Source of the DNA: Macrostomum lignano
Taxonomy: Eukaryota
Direction: 5' to 3'
NCBI GenBank assembly: GCA_002269645.1
Contig: NIVC01002963.1
Location: forward strand, 1-45,913
DNA length: 45,913 nt
Each line of letters starts with the position of its first letter. Positions within the stretch are counted from its first letter, which is position 1. The notes beneath the pieces were generated by a model. It searched no databases. It had not been told where the DNA came from and worked only from the letters and a program-made list of their open reading frames with translations. Made by a program: the position numbers and the translations under genes. Positions 32,458 through 43,865 of the stretch are shown one piece after another.

Positions 32458-34845
32458 TCAAAATTTTATTAGCTTCGGCATCGGCATCGCCGACCGCTGG
32501 GTCCTCGTAGAGCGAGGATCCACCTGGGACTCCAAAAAGGTGTTGTTTAGCCTGTTAAAAGAAATTTGTTGATTTGGATTGTGTTTTGGTAACAAATTTC
32601 AGCGATGGCTTACACAAACATACAGTCTTCAGTATGAAAGATTGACGTATCGCAGAATAAAGCGTTACAGTTAGATTACATGTACACATCACAGATTACA
32701 GCATCAAAAATTACAGCATCACATATATTACACCATCACAAATTACAGCATCACAGACTACACCATCACAGACTACACCATCACAGACTACACCATCACA
32801 GACTACACCATCACAGACTACACCATCACAGACTACACCATCACAGACTACATCATTACAGACTGCAGCATCACAGAGTGTAGCATCACAGACTACACCA
32901 TCACAGACTAAAGCATCACAGAGTACACCATCACAGATTGCAGCATCACAGACTACATCATTACAGACTACACCATTACAGACTACACCATCACAGACTA
33001 CACCATCACAGACTACACCATCACAGACTACACCATCACAGACTACACCATCACAGACTACACCATCACAGACTACACCATCACAGACTACACCATCACA
33101 GACTACACCATCACAGACTACACCATCACAGACTACACCATCACAGACTACACCATCACAGACTACACCATCACAGACTACACCATCACAGACTACACCA
33201 TCACAGACTACACCATAACAGACTACACCATCACAGACTACATCATTACAGACTGCAGCATCACAGAGTGTAGCATCACAGACTACACCATCACAGACTA
33301 AAGCATCACAGAGTACACCATCACAGATTGCAGCATCACAGACTACATCATTACAGACTACACCATTACAGACTACACCATCACAGACTACACCATCACA
33401 GACTACACCATCACAGACTACACCATCACAGACTACACCATCACAGACTACACCATCACAGACTACACCATCACAGACTACACCATCACAGACTACACCA
33501 TCACAGACTACACCATCACAGACTACACCATCACAGACTACACCATCACAGACTACATCATTACAGACTGCAGCATCACAGAGTGTAGCATCACAGACTA
33601 CACCATCACAGACTACACCATCACAGACTACATCATTACAGACTGCAGCATCACAGAGTGCAGCATCACAGACTACACCATCACAGACTACAGCATCACA
33701 GACTACACCATCACAGACTACAGCATCACATACTACACCATCACAGACTGCAGCATCACAGACTACAGCATCACAGACTAAAGCATCACAGAGTAGACCA
33801 TCACAGACTACAGCATCACAGACTACACCATCACAGACTGCAGCATCACAGACTACACCATCACAGACTACACCATCACAGACTACATCATTACAGACTG
33901 CAGCATCACAGAGTGTAGCATCACAGACTACACCATCACAGACTACACCATCACAGACTACATCATTACAGACTGCAGCATCACAGAGTGCAGCATCACA
34001 GACTACACCATCACAGACTACAGCATCACAGACTACACCATCACAGACTACAGCATCACATACTACACCATCACAGACTGCAGCATCACAGACTACAGCA
34101 TCACAGACTAAAGCATCACAGAGTAGACCATCACAGACTACAGCATCACAGACTACACCATCACAGACTGCAGCATCACAGACTACAGCATCACAGACTA
34201 AAGCATCACAGAGTAGACCATCACAGACTACAGCATCACAGACTACAGCATCACAGACTACAGCATCACAGACTACACCATCACAGACTAAAGCATCACA
34301 GAGTAGACCATTACAGACTACAGCATCACAGACTACAGCATCACAGACTACAGCATCACAGACTACAGCATCACAGACTACACCATCACAGACTACAGCA
34401 TCACAGACTACACCATCACAGACTACACCATCACAGACTACACCATCACAGACTACATCATCACAGACTACAGCATCACCGGCTACAGCATCACAGACTA
34501 CAGCATCACAGACTACACCATCACAGACTACAGCATCACAGACTACACCATCACAGACTACAGCATCACAGACTACAGCATCACAGACTACAGCATCACA
34601 GACTACAGCATCACAGACTACAGCATCACAGACTACACCATCACAGACTACAGCATCACAGACTATAGCATCACAGACTACAGCATCACAGACTACAGCA
34701 TCACAGACTACAGCATTACCGGCTACAGAATCACAGGCATGTAGAATAAACAACAGAAAGCAGTTTAAAAAAGAATATACACTTACCCAGGAATTGCATC
34801 AAAGAAGGCTGCAATAAAAAAGATACTAGGTAGAATGTGACTCAT
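32458..34845 (-). CDS. Candidate 50-aa secreted peptide precursor, complement(join(32458..32551,34787..34845))
   Basis: ATG, hydrophobic stretch, gg/gtaagt donor and tttcttttaacag acceptor, phase 2 consistent; no homology recognised. Confidence 0.3.
32690..34735. repeat. 15-bp minisatellite (cacagactacaccat / cacagactacagcat), ~135 copies, with higher-order blocks
   Basis: Period 15 over ~2 kb. Confidence 0.97.
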
Positions 34846-35379
34846 TCTCTCGCCAAATTTTGATGCTTTTATATTGTTTCATGCCAACCGCACTGACCCC
34901 ATGTACAGCAACTATTGTCTTAGTTGGCAAGACAATCAATGAAAGCGTACAGAAATAGTGAGAGAGGAGAGAGAGAAAAGAGGGAGAGAGAGAGAGGGGG
35001 TTTAATTGCATCTCGTGCAGTTGTCGGATTTTCCGAGTACAAATCGCAAGAATAAACAGAAAAACAGGATTAAATTTAGCTTTCGACGAAAATAATATTG
35101 AATTTTAGGCCAAATCCAATCATTTTCTACTGTTAAATCAGAACAGAAATATTTCATTTTAGTATTAATCGTTGTCGTAATACGGTAGCAGCAAATATAG
35201 TTATAAGCATAGCAACCGCGGATATAGTCTTGGATAAGTAAAATGTTGTAACTTATTATAGTAGCTTCGTGGAGATTTTCATTTCATTTCAACGGTGCAT
35301 ACTTGCAGGTGCTAAACTGTTCCATTCAAATACTATAAATGTACTTTGCTAAACAGGAGTTCATCAACTGAATAGGGGA

Positions 35380-35720
35380 CCTTTCTAGACTAAGGACTTC
35401 ACGACCTGGAGGAGGACCCTATCTCAATGTCTACTCAAATAGAGGACCCTATCGACTTAACTAGAGCACCATCTCTACTCAAATAGAAGCCCATGTCTAC
35501 TCAAACCTACCGTGTCTACTCGAATAGAGGACTCTATCTACTCGAATAAAGAACCATGTCTACTCACAATTAAAAGACCCTATCTACTCAAATAGAGGAT
35601 CCTATCTACTCAAATGGAGGACCCTATCTACTCAAATGGAGGACCCTATCTACGCAATTAGATGACACTCTATGTACTCAAATAGAGGACCTTGTCAAAT
35701 AGAATACTTTATATACTCAA
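35380..35720. repeat. Degenerate ~22-bp tandem repeat (ctatctactcaaatagaggacc)
   Basis: Recurrent ctactcaaatagagga motif. Confidence 0.75.
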
Positions 35721-35875
35721 AGTAGATTCATAGGCTTCTTTTTAATCAGATCATTAATCAACAAAAGCAGTTATAAAATACAAAAAAGCTTTACGTTCTT
35801 GTCTCAAACAATCAAAGCTTGTGAGATAAACTGAAAATGTTTACAAGAAATACTTCAATTTAAAGCATTGGAACG

Positions 35876-36444
35876 TCACCCATCGTTCACCGCAGCCTCA
35901 GCCACTCTGCCGCCATGCTCCTCGTAGTCGGCAAACAGGTGCCGCGTGTCCTCACTCGGGAACCCGAACCGGTCCCCGGGAAGGCCGAACAGCAGAACTG
36001 TGAAGCCAAGTTCGATCAGGCACCACCAGACTAGGAACAGAATAGACAGCAGGTACAGTATGATAGCCACTGACACGGGCAGGTAGATGTACCACAGCTT
36101 GGGCAGGGCTGACACGCTCAGCTGGACAAAGTACAGATTGATCCCTATGACAGCTACGGCCAGAGCGGCGGTTACTATGGAATTAGCGGGCCCGTTCACG
36201 AATGACTTGCCCATGACTCGCTTAGAAGCGGTGAAGGTGAGCACTGGGATCAGTGCGAACGGTAGCTGCAGAGACATCAGCACGTTGAGCAGGTCGTTCA
36301 AGCTGGTGAGCTGGTCGCGACCAGCGAAAACGGCGAGGAACACCGTGGGCAGAATGGCGATGGTGCGGGTCAGCAGGACTCGCTGGTACTTCTTCCACTT
36401 CAGATCCAAGAAGCCCTCCATCACGAACTGGCCGGCGTAGGTGC
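35876..36444 (-). CDS. SLC11A2: NRAMP coding exon 4
   Basis: Acceptor actccag/GC ACC TAC; stop TGA 35876-35878. Confidence 0.92.
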
Positions 36445-39400
36445 CTGGAGTTTCAGGGATTCCCAGGAGGGAATTATTTGGGAATTAACTTCGGGTTGGG
36501 ATTCTCTGAGAATTCCATGGGGGGTTGGGATTCTGTGGGAATTCTATGGGGTTGGGATTCTTGGGAAATCCAATATGAATGGGATTTTCTGGGGAATCCT
36601 ATGGGGTTGGGATTCTCTGGGGAATCCTATGGGGTTGGGATTCTCTGGGGAATCCTATGGGGTTGGGATTCTCTGGGGAATCCTACAGGGTTTTCTGGGG
36701 AATCCTATGGGGTTGGGATTCTCTGGGGAATCCTATGGGGTTGGGATTCTCTGGGGAATCCTATGGGGTTGGGATTCTCTGGGGAATCCTACAGGGTTTT
36801 CTGGGGAATCCTATAGGGTTGGGATTCTCTGGGGAATCCTATGGGGTTGGGATTCTCTGGGGAATCCTATGGGGTTGGGATTCTTTGGGGAATCCTATGG
36901 GGTATATAATATAAAGTTAGGGCCGCTGTACACTCCTGTGTGAGTGTGTGCCTGCGTACGTATCCGCGCGCTTGTATGCCTGCTCAGGGGAGTCGGCGGA
37001 ATGGGCAGTAATGCCTCTCGCCGGTTATGTGCCTATGTCGCTTAAAGTGCGCCAGGGTGCACACAACCCCCCTGCCTCTAATAAAAAATAATAAAATGGG
37101 GTTGGGATTCTCTGGGGAATCCTATCAGATTGGGATTCTCTGGGAATCCTTTTGGTTGGGATTCCCTGGGGAACCCTATGAATTGGGGAATCCTATTGGG
37201 TTGGAATTCTCTGTGGGCTTCAGGTGCTGTTAGGCAAGCAAAGCCTTCAGGGACAAAGGGGAGAATCCAAGGAAATTCCAAGTGCTTCACTTGCCAGTCA
37301 TAGTAGAAGACTGCCCGGCAGCCAGGATGCCCAGCGCCCAGATGTACATGCAGGCGATGCCGAACTCGCAGCCAAGAAAGACGCCGCCGCGAAAAATGTC
37401 CATATCCGAGCTGCTGTTTTTGAACACGTCGGCGTGCGGGTTGCCAGCGGCAACGCATGCGTTGTAAACCGTTTGCGGGTCCTTGCCGAAGTAGCCTTCG
37501 GCGAACACGGACACTACAAACATGTTGATGAGGAAGGACACAAAAAGAGCGATTCCAGCCTCAAGGAAGAAGTAGAAATTTGCTTCTCGAACTGCTCGCT
37601 TTGAGCGACGGTTGACACTTCGTGAGCGAACCAAGGCCGAATGCAGGTAGATGTTGTGCGGCATAATCACGGCTCCAATGATGCCCACCGCCTGCGGTTG
37701 ATGAGTAGGGGTTAATTGGTGCAAATTAAGTAGTACAGGTTATCTTAGATAAGCTGCCACAACCCTAGATTCTTAGACAAGCTGCCACAACCCTAGATTC
37801 TTAGATAAGCTGCTGACACAACCCTAGATTCTTAGATAAGCTGCTGACACAACCCTAGATTCTTAGATAAGCTGACACAACCCTAGATTCTTAGATAAGC
37901 TGCTGACACAGCCCTAGATTCTTAGATAAGCTGCTGACACAACCCTAGATTCTTAGATAAGCTGCTGACACAGCCCTAGATTCTTAGATAAGCTGACACA
38001 ACCCTAGATTCTTAGATAAGCTGCTGACACAACCCTAGATTCTTAGATAAGCTGCTGACACAACCCTAGATTCTTAGATAAGCTGCTGACACAGCCCTAG
38101 ATTCTTAGATAAGCTGACACAACCCTAGATTCTTAGATAAGCTGCTGACACAACCCTAGATTCTTAGATAAGCTGCTGACACAACCCTAGATTCTTAGAT
38201 AAGCTGACGCAACCCTAGATTCTTAGATAAGCTGCTGACACAACCCTAGATTCTTAGATAAGCTGCTGACACAGCCCTAGATTCTTAGATAAGCTGCTGA
38301 CACAACCCTAGATTCTTAGATAAGCTCCTGACACAACCCTAGATTCTTAGATAAGCTGACACAGCCCTAGATTCTTAGATAAGCTGCTGACACAGCCCTA
38401 GATTCTTAGATAAGCTGACACAACCCTAGATTCTTAGATAAGCTGCTGACACAGCCCTAGATTCTTAGATAAGCTGCTGACACAACCCTAGATTCTTAGA
38501 TAAGCTGACACAACCCTAGATTCTTAGATAAGCTGCTGACACAACCCTAGATTCTTAGATAAGCTGCTGACAAAACCTTGATTCTTAGATAAGCTGCTGA
38601 CACAGCCCTAGATTCTTAGATAAGCTGCTGACACAACCCTAGATTCTTAGATATGCTGACACAACCCTAGATTCTTAGATAAGCTGCTACAACCCTAGAT
38701 TCTTAGACAACCATAGATAATTGAATCATTTCCCTCACCTGCTCAAGCTGCTCACTGCCGCAGCCACTGCACCATGGCACAAACATACCCTTTAGCACCT
38801 GTCCCTGATCGGGTTTGACTGTCACATATTCATACCCAAATGTCACAGCCATCACTGTGATCAAAGCGCCGAAAAATGCTTCCAATTTGCGAAGGCCGCA
38901 CTCTTCAATTAGCAGGAAGGTGAACGTGTCCACTATGGTGACAAGGACGCCTGCCCACAGTGGCATGACTCCGTTTGAAATCAGGTTGAGCGCGATTGCT
39001 GTGCCAATTACTTCCTGTGAAGTTTTTTGGTAGATAAAAATAACATGCGTTCGTACTTATCGAGCAGGCATCTCATGTACATGTATCTGCCATGCCATAC
39101 TCGCGGACAATCGAAGTACATGTAGAATGATACTACTCTCCTATTTTCTTAGAAATGAGCTGGAGGCACGGGTTTCATTTGAATTTGTCTATGGCTAAAC
39201 CCCATTCATCGCTAAGCGTTCTCTGGAACAGACGAGCGTAAATACACTGGCGATGCGACAAAAAGAAAATCGACTGGTGTCCTTCTACTTCCGTTGTCCA
39301 TGGTCATAGTTTTTAGCAGGGTTGTAGCCCAGTGGTTAGAGCGTCGGACTTGAACGAATAATGGTCGGGGGTTCGATTCCCGATCCCACTGGAACAATTT

Positions 39401-40394
39401 GTGTCCTTGAGCAAGACGCTTAACTCTGCATTGCTTCAATTCACCCAGCTGTAAAATGGGTGCCAGCATTAGCTGGGCTAATTGAGGCTGTGTGTGGCGA
39501 CCCCCCCCCCCCAGTCCTTGGGCTGAACAGCCGTACGCAGCCTTCAGATGCGCCGCGCAATAGCTGTGGCTGAGCTGTCGGTTGCACATCTGGCCAAATT
39601 AGGGCATCTAATAGTAACTAATAATAATAATAATAAATTAGTAATCACACGTTTTTTTCCGAATACGAGATGCCTCACTTTTTTATCAGGTGTCAACAGG
39701 GTCTCTTTTATCTCACAAGTGACTCACCCATCAAGCAAGGTGTTTGATTAAATCTAACAGGTGAACGCTCGTAGCAAATCGATTCAAAAACCGACTGATT
39801 TTGCTGTCACAAATTGACGGCCAAATTGCTACCCTGACCAAACTCTGGGCTCCCTGAGCTAACATGCATCTAGCATGGAACACTCTATCGCCTAAAAACT
39901 GTCTCTAAAAGTGCAACCTAATAATAGTACATTACCTGCATATCGGATCCGATAATGGCAATTTCAATCATCAGCCACAGTATGAACCGAGGCACACGCG
40001 GATACAGCTTCGAGCACACCTCAGCCAGGTGCTGACCGCTGACCACTCCCAGCCGGGCAGCCAGGCGCTGCATCAACAATCCAAGAATGTGAGCGAGCAG
40101 CAGCAGCCACAGCAGCTTGAAACCGGCGAGACTGCCGCTCTGCAGGTCCGACTCAACATTTCCCGGATCCAAATAGGCGATGCTCATCAGGAAGCCCGGA
40201 CCAGTGAAGGCCCATAGCTTGCGGAAGGAGAAACCCGTGCCGAAGCAGGCGTTGGGATCCGTGTCGCCCTCTGGGATGGGGATTTTTTCGTCAAAGTAGG
40301 TCTCGACTCCGTTTGCAGCTGCTGGGCTGTTGGAGTCGGTCTGACTGGCCGAGCCATGCTGCTCTTCATCGAGCTTTGTTGGCGAACTGCTCAT
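35876..40394 (-). CDS. SLC11A2: NRAMP/SLC11 divalent metal transporter (Malvolio/DMT1-like), complement(join(35876..36444,37295..37691,38739..39014,39936..40394)), 566 aa
   Basis: [15 protein letters not shown] (TM1 DPGN), [10 protein letters not shown] (TM6), [20 protein letters not shown] transport motif, [13 protein letters not shown]; phases 0,0,1; intron 3 is GC-AG. Invertebrate co-ortholog of SLC11A1/2. Confidence 0.95.
36455..37210. repeat. 28-bp minisatellite (ggggttgggattctctggggaatcctat), interrupted at 36903-37095
   Basis: Period 28; the unit has an internal ggattc/gaatcc inverted repeat. Confidence 0.93.
37295..37691 (-). CDS. SLC11A2: NRAMP coding exon 3
   Basis: Acceptor caaccgcag, GC donor g/gcaagt. 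Confidence 0.92.
37735..38705. repeat. 28/31-bp minisatellite (cacaaccctagattcttagataagctg[ctg]a), ~32 copies
   Basis: Tandem repetition filling NRAMP intron 2. Confidence 0.97.
38739..39014 (-). CDS. SLC11A2: NRAMP coding exon 2
   Basis: [11 protein letters not shown]...[10 protein letters not shown]...LRKLEAFFG; phase 0/0. Confidence 0.92.
39319..39636 (+). mobile_element. tRNA-derived SINE, full length, with (AAT)n tail, in NRAMP intron
   Basis: A box tagcccagtggttag, B box ggttcgattcc, central gtgtccttgagcaag...ctgtaaaatggg (CORE/Meta-like by recollection), 3' aataataataata. Confidence 0.88.
39936..40394 (-). CDS. SLC11A2: NRAMP coding exon 1
   Basis: ATG 40394, donor cag/gtaat; upstream acceptor near 40410 and donor at 41068 suggest a 5'UTR intron. 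Confidence 0.92.
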
Positions 40395-40429
40395 CCCGAT
40401 GGCTTCAGCTGAGGACTGAGGAAGGGGTT

Positions 40430-41045
40430 CGTGTCCTGTATCTCTACTTGCCTCGATCCGCCCTCTTCCTGCCTTTTATCCGCCCTCTACCTATCTCTAT
40501 CCGCCCTCTACCTATCGCTATCCGCTCTCTATCTGTCTCTCTATCCTCCCTCTACCCGTCTCTCTATCTGACTTCTACTTGTCTCTCTATCCGCCCTCTA
40601 CCTGCCTCTATCCATCCTCTACCTGTCTCGATCCGCCCCCTACCTGTCTTTCTGTCTGCCCTCTATCTGTCTCTCTATCTGCTCTCTACCTGTCTCTCTA
40701 TCCGCTCTCTACCTGTCTCTCTATCTGACTTCTACTTGTCTCTCTATCCGCCCTCTACCTGCCTCTATCCATCCTCTACCTGTCTCGATCCGCCCCCTAC
40801 CTGTCTTTCTGTCTGCCCTCTATCTGTCTCTCTATCCGCTCTCTACCTGTCTCTCTATCCGCTCTCTACCTGTCTCTCTATCTGACTTCTACTTGTCTCT
40901 CCGCTCTCTACCTGCTTCTCTATCCGCCCTCTATCTGTCTCTCTATCCGCCCTCTACCTGCTTCTCTATCCGCCTTCTACCTGCCTCTATATGACCTCTA
41001 CCTACCTTTCTATCCACCATCTATCTGCCTCTATCCGCTTTCTCC
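40430..41045. repeat. Pyrimidine-rich degenerate ~20-bp minisatellite (ctctatccgccctctacctgt)
   Basis: Tandem repetition in the probable NRAMP 5'UTR intron. Confidence 0.9.
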
Positions 41046-41864
41046 TCTGCGTCCTTACAAATAGTTACCTGCTAACCCGATTTGAAGTGAGCTTATTAAT
41101 AATGGATTTTGGTTTCAGCTGAATTAAGACGGCATTGCTTAAAATAAACTTTTTATTGATTAATTCTGCTGAAGGTAAAAATTTGTTAACCGGTAAATAA
41201 TTGCTGACACCTTCCCAATAATTGTTAGTTTCCTAATCAGATATTACGACACAAACGACAGAAGTTACATCGGCTGTACATACCACAGCAGCAGGTAGGC
41301 TTCGGCTAACTTCGGTTGTTCGGGATAGTGTGCTAAATAAAATCTATTTGAAATTTCAAATATAACAATTTACTGCTATATTTTAGATTGCCAAACTCGT
41401 TTCACTCGTTGAACCAAACTCTATCCCTCTTATCAGTTCACTCCTCGCTCTTTGCTTAAAGTCAAAGTCCAGTTTGTTATATGTTGCAGTTCAGAACTCT
41501 TAGATTGTACAGTAATTACTTGCAGTCCGCATGTCTCTCCCAGAGACTGTAAATAAATGTACATAGATTTCTATTGTATAAAATAATGTACATTTACCAC
41601 TGACACAAACGCGCTGAACTCTATTGCGCATTTAAAATTTATGCGCGAGTTTAATGGTGGCCCGTTTGTTGTAATGATTGAGAACTACGAAAAATATGTA
41701 GCACTAAAAAGTTGTTTTTTTAAATAAAAGAACCTAAATTGGCAAGTGCACTAGTTATAATTTGCAGGAAATGCCTGAATGTATCAGACGAGTATTTACA
41801 GTATCGGCAAAATAGAAAAATGCAAGTAGCTGCAATTCTCGATACTTAATAAGTATGAGCCTCG

Positions 41865-42045
41865 CCAAGCAGCACCAAGGGCGCCTTGCCCCTGGTGCTA
41901 AGATGCCTATGATCCTAAGATGCCAGCACCAAGGGGCTTTAGCACCAAGGGGCTTTAGCACCAAAGGGCGCCAGCACCAAGGGGCGCCAGCACCAAGGGG
42001 CGCCAGCACCAAGGGACGCCAGCACCCTTTGGTGCTTTCACCAAA
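41865..42045. repeat. Short 16-18 bp tandem repeat (gccagcaccaaggggc)
   Basis: Direct observation. Confidence 0.8.
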
Positions 42046-43031
42046 GGGTGCTTTCAACATTCGAAACTGTACGCTGTGAATTTGAACTTTTATTTGCTGT
42101 TCCTTCAGAAATTTCCCACTGCCGTTGTAATTAAAGGTTTTAGGAATTATGTTAGTCTGTACATTCCCGACTTCGTGTGCATACGTACATAGCGCATATA
42201 TAATTACTCGTACATGCAACAATAAGAGTCTCACCAAATTGTTTGCCGAATCGGAAAAATTCATCCGAAAATTGTTTTTCCCCGTCAAAGTTGGATAGTT
42301 TTTACTTTCATTTGCGAGATGAAAAAACCAGCTATAAAAACCTCTGCGCACGCATGCATGCAGGTGCAAACTCTGCAGATATAGTCTATATAGCGGGCCA
42401 AACCTTAAAGAATTTTTTTCACGCGCGGAACACAAAGCAGCAGGTGCAATAGGAATACGTAGATAAAAAATACCGAATGAAGCACAGCTATAGTCGACCC
42501 AGATTTATTCAGCACAAGCACTCTAGCCTCGCTCTCTCGTCACTCTCACTGCGTGCAGTATGTTAACTGCATAATGTAGACATTGTACATGTATATGAGC
42601 GCACAGACCCCGTAACGCAATCCGACGTCAGTGAGCGACGTCTGCCCGACTTCGATGACAGATGTGCTTTTTACATTACATCGACGGATAACGACGTCCT
42701 ACATCGGCTGAATGTCGGTGTAATGTAAAAAAGTACATACAGAGTACAAAGAACATAAAAGTATAATGTATGTAAAATGTACTTTTACATTACACAGACA
42801 TTCAGCGGATGTAGGATGTGTATTTGTCATTAGACGCCTGCCGTTTCTGAGAGGCTTCTAGCTGATCCCACTAGGTGACATCGTCGCTTCAATTAAAACT
42901 TGAATTCTAATCGCACAAAACCCGTTCGGGCGAAATCCATTTGACGCTGTAACTCACCGAGACTTCCCTTGCGATTATATAATCCCTAACAACATCCTCT
43001 CTGATATAGAAGCATATTTAAGCGACTTATC

Positions 43032-43865
43032 CAGGGGGCGTCGCCAACGAGGGGGACAGGGGGACATGTCCCCCCCAGTAAAAGATCTGGGGTAAATGCC
43101 AATGCTTTGTCCCCCCACCCCATACCAGCTTATGACCCGTTATGGAAATCAATAATTTTGCTGCAGGGCGACAAACAGCGCCTGCGGCGCTAAAATGAGT
43201 GCCTGCGGCGCTAAAATGAGTGCCTGCGGCTCCAAAATGAGTGCCTGCGGCGCTAAAATGAGTGCCTGCGGCTCCAAAATGAGTGCCTGCGGCGCTAAAA
43301 TGAGTGCCTGCGGCGCTAAAATGAGTGCCTGCGGCGCTAAAATGAGTGCCTGCGGCGCTAAAATGAGTGCCTGCGGCGCTAAAATGAGTGCCTGCGGCGC
43401 TAAAATGAGTGCCTGCGGCGCCAAAATGAGTGCCTGCGGCGCTAAAATGAGTGCCTGCGGCTCCAAAATGAGTGCCTCCGGCGCTAAAATGAGTGCCTGC
43501 GGCGCTAAAATGAGTGCCTGTGGCGCTAAAATGAGTGCCTGCGGCGCTATAATGAGTGCCTGCGGCGCTATAATGAGTGCCTGCGGCGCTAAAATGAGTG
43601 CCTGTGGCGCTAAAATGAGTGCCTGCGGCGCTATAATGAGTGCCTGCGGCGCTAAAATGAGTGCCTGCGGCGCCAAAATGAGTGCCTGCGGCGCCAAAAT
43701 GAGTGCCTGCGGCGCTAAAATGAGTGCCCGCGCCGCTAAAATGAATGCTAACATCACCGATTCTGAAAATAATGTACATGTAGGAATTTACTCCATGTAC
43801 ACGTACCGGTACATGTCCAATTGTTGGCTTTGTCCCCCGCCATAAAATCCATGGCGACGCCCCTG
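43032..43865. mobile_element. hAT-like non-autonomous element carrying an internal minisatellite
   Basis: Termini cagggggcgtcgcca / tggcgacgcccctg (1-nt indel); flanks gacttatc / gacttgcg (5 of 8 match). Confidence 0.65.
43180..43745. repeat. 21-bp minisatellite (gcctgcggcgctaaaatgagt), ~27 copies
   Basis: Period 21 (MSACGAK pseudo-ORF). Confidence 0.97.

Noticed and set aside
32711-34753. 680-aa (CDGVV)n ORF and His-rich plus-strand ORFs
   Set aside because: They are simple translations of a stop-free 15-bp array, with no splice or codon evidence.
35700-35875. Iron-responsive element in the NRAMP 3'UTR
   Set aside because: No CAGUGN loop in a stem on the sense strand of the visible UTR.
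39319-39395. tRNA gene (also 22555-22620)
   Set aside because: A and B boxes are present but run into a SINE body and tail; no convincing cloverleaf or acceptor stem.
41755-42435. 226-aa minus-strand ORF
   Set aside because: It is partly tandem repeat and otherwise AT-rich, with no coding bias, homology or splice support.
2215-43745. CRISPR arrays among the 20-46 bp tandem repeats
   Set aside because: Units are head-to-tail with no unique spacers, the context is a spliced eukaryotic genome, and there are no cas genes.
43027-43845. Antifreeze-like AAGTHFS and MSACGAK repeat proteins
   Set aside because: They are translations of a 21-bp array inside a transposon-like element.
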